Below, one piece after another: positions 1 to 10,110 of a stretch of 64,000 bases of DNA. The notes below the pieces were generated by a model. The model was given only the letters and a program-made list of their open reading frames with translations. It did no database searches and had not been told where the DNA came from. A program made the translations under genes and the position numbers. This DNA is from an uncultured delta proteobacterium (GTDB lineage: Bacteria; Desulfobacterota; WTBG01). Within the stretch, counting starts at the first letter, position 1; each line of letters begins with the position of its first letter. The stretch lies in contig CAWCBP010000001.1 in NCBI GenBank assembly GCA_963793865.1, positions 64,001 to 128,000 on the forward strand, in the 5' to 3' direction.

Positions 1-490
1 GCAAAGCACCCTGCAGGGACTGGTTATGGGATGCATAGCCATGATCATGAAGGAATATCTCTCCTGAGCAATGATTATGTAGTGAGGCTGTCACCGGGTT
101 AAAAACCGCACATTTTCTTCTTACCCTGTCTTTCCATTTCATGCCATGAACGGTACCATTATTAGTGTCGGATTTTCATAGTGCGAATAAATAGAGTGCT
201 TGAGGGGAGCGACTTCCTGGTGGTTTCGGAGAAGAAGCCTTCTGCCTTTGACATATCAAGTAATTTCCGACTGGAACCGACAGAGCTTACCCCACACCAC
301 ACCCGGATTGTCAGCGAAGGATTGGGGGCGTTGCACGCCGCCGAGCGATTGCTCCATAAACGCAGCTACCGTGACTCGGGAGGTGATGTCGACGGTCGCA
401 AAATTGAGCTTTGTCTTGAGTGAAGAAAGTGGTAATAAAGAGGCATTGGGAATGTGATAACAGGAACCTGGTGTCGAAAAGAGAGGGTGT

Positions 491-1558
491 ATGAATTACC
501 GAAGGCTGGGAAAAACGAATCTGAATATTTCGATTATCGCCTACGGGGGGCTTCCCCTTTTTTTTGAAACACCCGACCGGGCCATCCAATCCATCCATAC
601 GGCGCTCGATGAAGGGATGAATTATTTTGACCTGGATGAGGCCGGCAACCAGTTTATTCCGGAAAAGGTATATCTGGACGGCGGCAGCAAGATAGGCCAG
701 GTTTTGCGGGAGAGGAGAAACGATTGCTACCTGGGTGTTAAGAGCATGCGCCAGACCTATGATGAGGTCAGGCAGGATGTGCAGCTTGCCCTGAAACGAA
801 TCGTCAAGGGGACGGCACGGGAGGTCATCGATATATTCCAGCTCGCTTTTCTGGATACGCCGCAGAAAATGGAGGTAATCCTTTCAAAGGATGGCGGATT
901 AAGGGCTCTGGAAGAGGCTAAGGAGGAGGGTGTCATTGATTACATCCTGGGCGCGGCCCACAATCCGAGAAGCATGCTGCAGATCATCAATTCGGAAAGG
1001 TTCGACGCGATCATGTTTCCTTTCAATATCATCGAGGACGAGTACGCCAGGGAGGTGCTCCCTCTGGCCCGGCAGAAGGATATGGGGACGATGGTGATGA
1101 AACCGGTGGGAGGCGGGCAACTGGGGAGCGTGGCCGAATACTCGCTTCGCTGGATCCTGGCGCATGATGTGACCAGCGCCATTCCGGGCATGCGCAATGT
1201 GCAGGAGGTAAGGCAGAATACCAGGATAGGCCATGAGCTTCAGCCGTTATCATCCCAGGAATATGAAGTGCTGAAAAGGGCGGGGGAGAGCATCGGCAAG
1301 GAATACTGTCACCGCTGCGGATACTGCCTGCCCTGCACGCAGGGTATTCTTATCCTGGGGGTAATGGACTTTTTGAAATCGAAGCTGCTGCCATTGGAAA
1401 AAAAGCGCGCCGCTTACAATAACATAATCGGTCGAAAAATAAGCTCCCCCGCAAGCAGCTGCGTAAAGTGCGGGGAATGTGCCGCCCGCTGCCCTTTCAA
1501 GCTCCCCATACCCGAACTGATGGAGCAGGCTGCTGCCATGCTGGAGAAGGACAAATAA
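491..1558 (+). CDS. Aldo/keto reductase with C-terminal 4Fe-4S dicluster
   Basis: MNYRRLGKT start, AKR-like core, C-terminal CHRCGYCLPC and CVKCGECAARCP; SD-like GAGAGGG upstream. Confidence 0.85.
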   Translation: MNYRRLGKTNLNISIIAYGGLPLFFETPDRAIQSIHTALDEGMNYFDLDEAGNQFIPEKVYLDGGSKIGQVLRERRNDCYLGVKSMRQTYDEVRQDVQLALKRIVKGTAREVIDIFQLAFLDTPQKMEVILSKDGGLRALEEAKEEGVIDYILGAAHNPRSMLQIINSERFDAIMFPFNIIEDEYAREVLPLARQKDMGTMVMKPVGGGQLGSVAEYSLRWILAHDVTSAIPGMRNVQEVRQNTRIGHELQPLSSQEYEVLKRAGESIGKEYCHRCGYCLPCTQGILILGVMDFLKSKLLPLEKKRAAYNNIIGRKISSPASSCVKCGECAARCPFKLPIPELMEQAAAMLEKDK

Positions 1559-1866
1559 TGTAAGCACGGCTATCGGCACTGTCAGCCAAGGAATTCGGCA
1601 TCACCGCAATTATTCCTGCCCGACCTCAGTTCCTTTCTCCCCCATAACCCGGTAACAGAAGAACCCGCAGGGGGAGACGTGTGCCGCAAATCCCTGGTAT
1701 CCAATAGGTTGAGTGTTCTGCAGCGAGCTGCATGCATGGATATTCTTTTCAAGAACCGGGATATCTGTGTCGATGATTATTTCAAAAGCAGGTTTAAGAA
1801 AGCGGAGGTAACGGCATTCGTTGCCTGGATAAACAGTTATGGGATGACAAGGGAGGGTTTAACCAT

Positions 1867-2226
1867 ATGCGGTCGAGTCAGATTGTACCCATCATCATGC
1901 TGGTGGCTTCCAACTTTTTCATGACCTACGCCTGGTACGGGCATCTCAAGGACTTCAGGGCAAAGCCGCTGGTGATGGTTATTCTCTTGAGCTGGTGCGT
2001 GGCCTTTTTTGAGTACTGCCTGATGGTGCCCGCCAACCGGATCGGGAGCCAGTTATTTTCGCTGCCGCAGCTGAAGGTATTGCAGGAGATTATTACCATG
2101 TGCGTGTTCGCCCTGTTCTGCGTTGCCTACATGAAAGAGCGCATCTCGCTGGATTTTCTCTGGGCGGGTCTGTGCCTTGCCGGCGCGGCGTTTTTCATGT
2201 TCCGGCACATACAGCACCTGCCGTGA
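1867..2226 (+). CDS. Small DMT-family membrane protein (DUF486-like)
   Basis: SNFFMTYAWYGHLK, SWCVAFFEYCLMVPANRIG and QLKVLQEIIT motifs; four hydrophobic helices. Confidence 0.85.
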   Translation: MRSSQIVPIIMLVASNFFMTYAWYGHLKDFRAKPLVMVILLSWCVAFFEYCLMVPANRIGSQLFSLPQLKVLQEIITMCVFALFCVAYMKERISLDFLWAGLCLAGAAFFMFRHIQHLP

Positions 2227-2320
2227 TTACTGAAATGATTTGCATTTGCCCGCACTATTTGTTTTAATAATTCCTCATTTCAAATAGCCTGGAGAACCCT
2301 GAAGGAAAAGGAGTACAAAC

Positions 2321-3085
2321 ATGGTTACCATTAAAATTATGCCCTGTCTGGATATGAAAGAGGGGAGGGTGGTGAAAGGCGTCAATTTCGTCGGGCTCAA
2401 GGATGCCGGTGACCCGGTTGAAAATGCCGCGTTCTATCAAAAAGAGGGTGCGGATGAACTGGCCATGCTGGACATTGCCGCCACCTTGGAAAACCGGAAG
2501 ACCAGGCTGGAGTGGGTTAAAAATGTTTCCGCAGTGATCAATATCCCCCTGACGGTTGGCGGGGGCATCTCCAGTCTGGAGGACATTGAGCTGGTGCTTC
2601 GAGCCGGGGCGACCAAGGTTTCAATGAACAGCGCCGCGGCAAAAAGCCCCGCGCTGGTCAAAGAGGCGGTAAAGCAATTCGGAACGGAGAGGATTACCAT
2701 TGCCATAGACGGCAGAAGGAACACAACCATGCCTTCAGGTTTTGAGCTGGTGGTTTCCGGCGGCACCAAGCCGGTGGGCAAGGACACGGTGCTGTGGGCA
2801 AAAGAGTGTCAGGACCTGGGAGCCGGTGCAATACTTCCCACCAGCATGGATGCGGATGGAACAAAGGATGGCTATGATTTGCAGTTTACCAGGGCCATTG
2901 CGGATGCGGTCAGTGTGCCGGTGATTGCTTCAGGCGGGGCGGGCACGCTGGAACATTTCTATAAGGGCGCGGTGGAAGGCGGCGCATGCATTTTACTCGC
3001 CGCCTCGGTTTTCCACTATCGCATTTTAAGCATCCGGCAGGTTAAGGAATATTTGAAAGCAAAAGGGCTGCAGGTTTACCTGTGA
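2321..3085 (+). CDS. hisF: Imidazole glycerol phosphate synthase cyclase subunit
   Basis: PCLDMKEGRVVKGVNF, GDPVE, PLTVGGGI, TSMDADGTKDGYD, PVIASGGAG, AASVFHY; SD AAGGAG. Confidence 0.93.
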   Translation: MVTIKIMPCLDMKEGRVVKGVNFVGLKDAGDPVENAAFYQKEGADELAMLDIAATLENRKTRLEWVKNVSAVINIPLTVGGGISSLEDIELVLRAGATKVSMNSAAAKSPALVKEAVKQFGTERITIAIDGRRNTTMPSGFELVVSGGTKPVGKDTVLWAKECQDLGAGAILPTSMDADGTKDGYDLQFTRAIADAVSVPVIASGGAGTLEHFYKGAVEGGACILLAASVFHYRILSIRQVKEYLKAKGLQVYL

Positions 3086-3140
3086 GATGCACCGCGGTGT
3101 GACCTTCCGTGGTTTCCTTACCTGGAGGCCTCCCTCATCC

Positions 3141-4142
3141 TTACGGTTCGATGATGGAGAGGGAGGCGTCTGCCAATTTGTCTCCTAAAAATTTATTGAG
3201 AGACCCCACCCCGGGGTCGTTTTCCCGGTACAGGGCCCGGATCTGCTTCCGTCTGTCATGAATCAGCTTCATGGAAGCCGAGTTTATATCCCGCGGCTGC
3301 GCGTTTTTGTATAGATTGAGCCACACGTTAAAATAGTCAAGCGCACACTGGTAGATCTGGCTCACGTCCTGGGGCGCATGCTTGTCGATGGTGCCGGTTA
3401 TGATGTAAGGGGAATGAATTGCCCGCACCCAGTGGAAAACGCTCGGTCTCATGCCGGGAATAACCGAGTAGGTTTGATAGAAATCATCGAGTGGCTCAAA
3501 AAAGTACTTCTGCAGCTGCTCCGGATTTCTTGCCAAATCGTCGGCCGGCATTAAATCGCAGATAAAAAATATGTGGTCGTCCGATTCGTCCCAATCCATG
3601 ATGTAGTAAGGTATGTCATACGCCTGGCCGGGAGTTATGGACAGAACATCAGCAACCATCGAGCCGTAGAAATTCATCCGGGATATGCCGATCTTTTCGA
3701 GCTTGTCAGCCTTGTAGACGCGGTAGTAACACTTTTCCCCTTCAAGCTCAAAGTCGTGGAGGCTGGTAACGTCGACGCCGTCATGCTCAAATACCTGAAC
3801 CGGCTTGATCTCCTTCAGCAGTATGTCGGTTAGATGCTGCAATATGGGGGTGAACTTCTTGGGCCCTCCTTCGCGTGGTACTGCCTGGGCTGTCGCCTGT
3901 CCCTTTCCCGCCGCGGCATCTTTTTCCTTGGGAGACAGCGTCACGCCCGGAATGGTGATGGCATCCTGCGGGCACTCGCGAATGCAGGTTCCGCACTCCA
4001 GGCACTTGGAAGCGTCGGTCATGACACAGAGGTCATTTTCAATTGCCAGAATTTTCATGGGGCAGGCATCGACACAGATGCCGCATCCGATGCAGCGGTC
4101 TTTATAAACAATAAACTCGGTCATTTTATTTTCCTGGGCCAT
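3141..4142 (-). CDS. 2x[4Fe-4S] ferredoxin fused to a ferredoxin-dependent bilin reductase / RCC reductase-like domain
   Basis: N-terminal CIGCGICVDACP and CLECGTCIRECP; C-terminal domain with ITP..YDIPYYIMD, ICDLMP..DL, WVRAIHSPY and RENDPG resembles the FDBR/RCCR fold (my recognition, not searched). Confidence 0.6.
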   Translation of the reverse strand: MAQENKMTEFIVYKDRCIGCGICVDACPMKILAIENDLCVMTDASKCLECGTCIRECPQDAITIPGVTLSPKEKDAAAGKGQATAQAVPREGGPKKFTPILQHLTDILLKEIKPVQVFEHDGVDVTSLHDFELEGEKCYYRVYKADKLEKIGISRMNFYGSMVADVLSITPGQAYDIPYYIMDWDESDDHIFFICDLMPADDLARNPEQLQKYFFEPLDDFYQTYSVIPGMRPSVFHWVRAIHSPYIITGTIDKHAPQDVSQIYQCALDYFNVWLNLYKNAQPRDINSASMKLIHDRRKQIRALYRENDPGVGSLNKFLGDKLADASLSIIEP

Positions 4143-4247
4143 GATAAGCGTCCTCCAAAGGTTATGAGCGAAAGTATAAGATATTATCCCTGGTACAGCA
4201 ATTAAAAAGACTGAAAAACATGTAAAGCGGTACGGAAACCTTCTCTC

Positions 4248-5040
4248 TTACCAACACCAGTCCATCCCCCCATCAACGCTTAGGTTCTGCGCGGTAATGT
4301 AGGACGCGTCTTCCGATGCCAGAAAAGCCACCGCCGCGGCAATTTCCTCCGGTTCGCCCTTGCGCGGGAGCAGCAGCTGTCCGCTTTTAACCGATTCGTC
4401 TACCAGCCAGTCCACAAACGTGCCCGGCTCCATCATCATTTCCTTTTCAACATTCCTGTAAATGTCGGTCGCAATCACCCCGGGGGAAACGCAATTTACC
4501 CGGATGCCCATCGGCGCGAGGCATTTAGCCAGGGTTTTGGTAAACATGACCACGCTTGCCTTGGATGAGGCGTAGGCGCCGGACATCCCTTTCCCGCTGC
4601 GCGCCATCAGTGTTGAAAGGGTCACAATCGCGCCTTTCACGTCGTTTTCCATCATGTTGCGCGCGCAGGCGCGGGAAAAGAGAAAAGATCCCCGCGAGTT
4701 GATTGCATATACCTTGTCCCATTCCTCCGGGGAGATATCGAGTGCCGAGGAAGCGGATTCGGCGATCCCGGCATTTGATACCGCCACGTGCACCGGGCCG
4801 AATGCCTCGGTCGCCTGCTGGATGAGGCGGTCGATGTCCTGTTCCTTCGCCACGTCAACCTTGACATAGCGTGCGGTTCCGCCCTGCTTGCGCTATTTCA
4901 TCTGCAACCCGCTCACCATTGACCTGGTTGAGGTCCGCAATGACCACCCGGCCGCCTTCCGCGGCAAAACGATGCGCGATGCTCCGGCCGATGCCGCCGC
5001 CCGCTCCGGTTACGATAATATGCTTGTCCTTAAATCTCAT
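4248..5040 (-). CDS. SDR family oxidoreductase (apparent frameshift near 4870-4890)
   Basis: ORF 4855-5040 has TGAGGGIG; ORF 4248-4853 has SNAGI, YASSK, IRVNCVSPG and VDGG; together they make one SDR. Confidence 0.85.
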
Positions 5041-5389
5041 GGTTTCACTCCTTTGCTCTTTTTGATTCCCACTGCGGTAGGAGCAGCTTCAGCTGCGATT
5101 GATTTTTCGCGACCACGGGTGGTTCCTACAGCAAGACCGGGTTGACAGATACAACATTGTCTTATGCAAAATTTCTGCATGCTTTCTGCAGAGGCGATCT
5201 CAAATGTTTTAGGATACGCGGACGCAGTATGATGTTAATGGTTGGATTCCAAACTAATAATTATTACCATCTGCCGTTTGATAAGTCAACCCCTAATTGG
5301 CAGATTAAGGTGTCGGTTTACCTCGAGTGACGGACACAGCAGAGAACTCATTTTTGGTTACAGGATGGTAACAATCACTGCCATTCAAG

Positions 5390-5422
5390 AAAAAAGGCAC
5401 TCAGAAAATTTTCTAAGTGCCT
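5390..5422 (-). terminator. Probable intrinsic terminator after the tRNA
   Basis: Minus strand AGGCACTTAGAAAATTTTCTGAGTGCCT hairpin followed by a T run. Confidence 0.6.
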
Positions 5423-5431
5423 GTAATTCCT

Positions 5432-5508
5432 TGGTAGCGGGGGCAGGATTCGAACCTGCGACCTCCGGGTTATGAGCCCGACGAGCTTCCAGGCTGCTCC
5501 ACCCCGCG
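5432..5508 (-). tRNA. Initiator tRNA-fMet (CAT)
   Basis: Reverse complement CGCGGGGTGGAGCAGCCTGGAAGCTCGTCGGGCTCATAACCCGGAGGTCGCAGGTTCGAATCCTGCCCCCGCTACCA; C1:A72 mismatch, three G-C pairs in the anticodon stem, encoded CCA. Confidence 0.97.
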
Positions 5509-5573
5509 TCATGTGCCTTAACTAATATTGGATGCGGGCCGATTTGTCAAGCTAAATTTTAGGGGTGTCAAGC

Positions 5574-6014
5574 TCACCGCTCCTCATTCTCTGACGCCCC
5601 TTCCTCGATGAGTGAGGCGATCTTATCGTGGATGAAAGCAGGGATCTTTACAATTTTGCCCTCGAGGTCAATGAATCCATGCCGGGTGTAGCCGCTGACC
5701 AGAAGCGTGCGGTCTGATTTCCGGTAGACCTTGTAATCGAACACGATGGTGACCTTTTTAAAAGAGGAAACCGATGTTTCTATCTCCACCAAGTCATCGT
5801 ATCGCGCGGGCTTATGGTACTTGCAGTAGACTTCCGAAACAGGTGTGATGATCCCGTGCTTCTCCACGTCAGTGTACGGGATGCCGATCTCCCTGAAAAA
5901 TTCCGTCCGCCCCCGCTCAAACCAGCCCAGGTAATTGGCGTAATAGACCACCCCCATGGCATCAATTTCCGCATAAATGACGCGGTATTCGGTAACGGTT
6001 TTCTTCATGGTCAT
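5574..6014 (-). CDS. Acyl-CoA thioesterase (YbgC/4HBT family)
   Basis: RVIYAEIDAMGVVYYANYLGWFERGRTE and YHKPARYDD; start overlaps the apgM stop. Confidence 0.88.
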   Translation of the reverse strand: MTMKKTVTEYRVIYAEIDAMGVVYYANYLGWFERGRTEFFREIGIPYTDVEKHGIITPVSEVYCKYHKPARYDDLVEIETSVSSFKKVTIVFDYKVYRKSDRTLLVSGYTRHGFIDLEGKIVKIPAFIHDKIASLIEEGASENEER

Positions 6015-7229
6015 CTCCCATCGGCCCCTTTGATGAACAGATCCATTAGGTTGCATCCCTGTTCCACAAAGAAGCCGCTTTCCTGCGCCGATAGCTCGTT
6101 GAACGAGGCCTCTTTGCGCGGAGGCTTTGCTGCGTCTTTGGAGCTGAGGAAGGCAAAGGGTACCGGCTCCGCGGTGTGGGTTTTTCTGACGATGGGCGTG
6201 CGATGATCAGGAAGCACCATCACCCGGTACTCCGGAAAGCGCTTCAATCCTTCGAGCACGGTTCTTACCACCTTGCGGTCGAAATCCTCAATGGCCTTGA
6301 TCTTATTGGCAACGCTGCCGTTGTGTGACGCTTCGTCAGGTGCTTCCACGTGGACAAAGACAAAGTCCTTTCCCTCGAGCTCTTTAAGGGCACGATCTGC
6401 CTTGCCCTGGTAGTTGGTATCGAGATATCCGGTGGCGCCCGGCACCTCGACCGGGATCAGACCCAGGGTGATGCCGATGCCCTTGATTAAATCCACGGCG
6501 GAAATAACAGATCCCGTAAGGCCATACTTTTCCTCAAATGAGGGCATGGTAATGGGCCTGCCCTGACCCCAGAGCCATATGGCGTTTGCCGGGGGCTTCG
6601 ATGCCGCTGTCCGCTCACGGTTGACCGGGCTATCCTGAAGGATGGCCTTTGCCTCCGCCATGATTGTATTAAGTGTATCTGATCCTTTTCCCCGGGGCAG
6701 ATAGAGGATGATGTCTTTCCCGCTGATATCATGGGGAGGGGTTGTCTCAACCGCATCAACGCCGGCTTTCCATACCATAAGGTGCCGGTAGCTCACGCCC
6801 GGATAAAAGCGGATCTGATCATTGCCAAGGCGCCGGTCAAGTTCGCTGATGATCCGTTTCCCTTCTTCAGTAGTAATATGTCCCGCGCTGTAGTCTTCCA
6901 TGATGGTAGCATTGTCCCGCTGCCCCAGGGTCACCAGGTTGCACCGGAAGGCCACATCACGGGAGGTGAGTTTCACCCCGGCACTTGCCGCTTCATAGAC
7001 CGCGCGCCCGGTGAGATAGCGGCGGGGATCGTAGCCGAGGATGCTCAGGTTGGCAATATCACTTCCCGGGGACAATCCTTCGGGAATGGTTTGCACCATA
7101 CCCAGCGTGCCCCTTGAGGCGATGGCTGTCCATCGATTCAGTGTGGGCGGCCTGGAGCGGGGTTTTGCCGCCCAGCTCTTCGAGCGGGTAATCCGCCATG
7201 CCGTCTCCCAGGAGGATGATGTATTTCAT
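6011..7229 (-). CDS. apgM: Cofactor-independent phosphoglycerate mutase, ApgM type (apparent frameshift near 7130-7150)
   Basis: [15 protein letters not shown] starts at 7229; [31 protein letters not shown] and THT motifs in ORF 6011-7099. Confidence 0.88.
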
Positions 7230-7286
7230 AGCGTGCGGCGTATTATTGGATCCCCGCCTTCGCAGGGATACGGTTTTTTATCATGT

Positions 7287-7314
7287 GTAGGGGCGACCGG
7301 CCGGTCGCCCCTAC
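7287..7314. repeat. GTAG-type REP palindrome
   Basis: Perfect 28-bp palindrome GTAGGGGCGACCGGCCGGTCGCCCCTAC; identical at 40586-40613 and 41780-41807, near-identical at 29447-29474 and 33467-33494. Confidence 0.85.
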
Positions 7315-7338
7315 GGAAGGAATCAAGACCCACTTGTA

Positions 7339-8647
7339 TTACAGATCGTCTTCTATCCTGATCAGTCTGGTTCTTCGCCCGTGCCTCGGAGAGGCGGTTG
7401 ATTTCGTCCAGCGCCTTTCTGACCGCCGCCTCACGGGCCTGGTGGGTTAACAAAAAGATGGAGACCGTGCCCCTGGTCTGCCTTCCTTTTTGAATTACCG
7501 AGTGGATGCTGATGCCGTGCCTTCCCAGGATCCCCGATATCTTGGAGAGGACGCCCGGCCGGTCAAGCACGGAAAACCGGAGGTAATAGCGGGTCACCAC
7601 TTCACGGATGTTTTTGATGATGATCTTCTTCATAAACTCCTGCTGATATGAGAAGGGAGGCACCCGCTGTCCCGCGCCACTGAGCATGTTCCGCGCGAGA
7701 TCGATGATATCGCTTACCACCGCGCTGGCGGTAGGCATCATGCCCGCGCCCTTGCCGTAATACATGTTCGGTCCCACCGCGTCTCCATCGATGAAAACCG
7801 CGTTGTAGGTCCCGTCGACCCGTGAAAGCAGGTGGTCATCGGGGATGAGGGTGGGATGAACACGCGCCTCGATCTGTCCGTTTATCCCCCGCGCGATGGC
7901 CAGCAGCTTGATATTATAGCCCAGCTCCCTGGTGAACTCGATGTCAAGCGGCTCAATATGGGAAATGCCCTCGGTGTAAATCCGTTCAAAGGTCACCACT
8001 GTTCCGTACGCCATGCTGATGAGAATGGCAAGTTTGTGAGCGGTGTCCGTGCCTTCAATATCAAGGCCGGGATTCCGTTCCGCATAACCGCACTCCTGTG
8101 CCTCCCGGAGAATATCCTGAAAGTTTCCGCCTTGATTGGTCATCTTGGTGAGGATGTAGTTGGCGGTGCCGTTTAAAATGCCCAAAATGCGGCTGAACCG
8201 GTTTGCCACCAGCCCTTCCTTAATGGCCCTGATGATGGGTATGCCCCCTGCCACGCTCCCTTCAAAACCGATGTCTGCCCCCTTGCCGTGAGCCGCTTTC
8301 AGAAGCTCCATGCCGTGTGCTGCCAGCAGCGCCTTGTTGGCGGTGACGACCTGTTTACCGTTGGCAATTGCCCGGAGCAATATGGTCCTGGCCGGTTCAA
8401 TGCCGCCAATCAGCTCAACCACCAGATCAATGGAGGGGTCGTCGGTGACTGCCTTCGTGTCGGTGGTCAGCATCGCCGGCGACACCCTGATGCCGCGATT
8501 GCGGCGGATGTCCAGGTCGGCAATCTTCTTCACCATAATAGTGGCACCCAGCCGCTCCCGTATCACGGCGGCGTTGCCGCGGAGCAGCTTCAAAACCCCG
8601 GTGCCGACCGTTCCAAAACCAATCATCCCTACGGTGATTTTTTTCAT
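7339..8647 (-). CDS. hom: Homoserine dehydrogenase with C-terminal ACT domain (last codons apparently frameshifted)
   Basis: GMIGFGTVGTG, VVTANKA, EGSVAGGIP, GILNGTANYIL, GAGMMPTASAV, DRPGVL; the natural end LIRIEDDL* is in another frame at 7339. Confidence 0.92.
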
Positions 8648-8678
8648 GGTGTTGCCCCGAACATGCTGAGGTATGGAT

Positions 8679-9852
8679 TTAATCGAAGATCTTTCGTATT
8701 CCCCGTACTGCCTGGTTGATCCGGTGTTCGTTTTCCACCAGGGCAAACCGCACATATCCCTCACCGGTATCGCCGAACCCGATCCCGGGGGAAACTGCCA
8801 CCTTTGCCTCCTTGAGCAGCAGCTTGGAGAATTCCAGGGACCCCATTCCGACAAACGGTTCGGGTATTTTGGCCCAGACGAACATGGTTGCCCTGGGTTT
8901 TTCCATGGACCAGCCGGCCCGCCTTAAACCATCAACCAGCGTATCCCGCCTGCTTTTATAAATGGCATTGATATCCCTGACGCTTTCATCCATTTCGTTC
9001 AACGCAATAATGCTGGCAATCTGCACGGGCTGGAAAATGCCGTAGTCAAAATAGCTTTTCAGCCTGGTCAGCGCACTGATCATGTGCGCATTGCCCGAGC
9101 AGAAGCCGACCCGCCATCCCGGCATGCTGTAGCTCTTGGAGAGTGAGAAAAACTCCACCCCCACCTCTTTTGCCCCTTTGACCTGCAGGAAACTGGGCGC
9201 CTGGTATCCGTCAAAGACAAGGTCCGCGTACGCCAGGTCGTGGACCACCATGATCTTGTTATCGACGGGCGAAGTCGACCACCTTGCTGAAAAAGTCCAG
9301 GTCCACCACCTTGGTGGTGGGGTTGTGAGGGAAGGAAAGGATGAGCATCTTCGGCCGGGGCCAGGTCTGCTTGACCGTGGTGATCAAATCCTGAAAAAAG
9401 TCTCCTTCTTCGCGCAGGGGGACGGTGTGCAGATCGCCGCCGGCGATGATGACCGAGTAGGGGTGAATGGGATACGCGGGGGTGGGCACCAGCACCAGAT
9501 CACCGGAGCTGATGGTGGCGATGGCCAGGTGTGAAAGGCCCTCTTTTGCGCCGATGGTGGCGATGGCCTCGGTGTCGGGATCCAGGTCAACGCCGTACCT
9601 TCTGCGGTACCAGTTGGTGATGGCCAGGCGCAGTTTATAGATGCCCTTGGAGGCGGAGTAGCGGTGATTGCGGGGATTTGCCACCGCCTCCACCAGCTTG
9701 TCGACGATGTGCTGCGGGGTGGGAATGTCGGGATTGCCCATGCCCAGGTCGATGATATCGTCACCCCTCCTTCTGGCCTCGATCTTCAGGGCGTCAACAA
9801 TGCTGAAAACATACGGGGGAAGCCTTTTGATCCGGCGGAATTCTTCCATCAT
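8679..9852 (-). CDS. alaC: PLP-dependent aminotransferase class I/II, AlaC-like (apparent frameshift near 9255)
   Basis: [57 protein letters not shown]. Confidence 0.8.
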
Positions 9853-10110
9853 GTGTGAAGCCTCTCTTATGGTCCTGTGCGTAAATATGTTGATTTTGAA
9901 GATGTAAAATAGCAAAATGGACCGGAAAAGTCATGGGAAAAATAAAAAGTTATTTTTTTTGAGTTTTAGCGAAAAAATGACGATACCTATAGAGAATGCT
10001 GTTTATCGGTAAAGTGCCCCCACGTATTTAGTTATTTATAGATTTGCCCGGGGTAAGGGGCAGGATGCGCCCCGACAGCGCTATTTCCTGAGACGAGCGT
10101 TTAATCACCT

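Noticed and set aside
181..457. Short ORFs 181-423 and 200-457
   Set aside because: No recognisable motif or clear SD; I cannot choose a frame or support an ncRNA call.
5340..5431. Integrative element attachment site at the tRNA-fMet 3' end
   Set aside because: I saw no integrase and no duplicated tRNA 3' end in the window.
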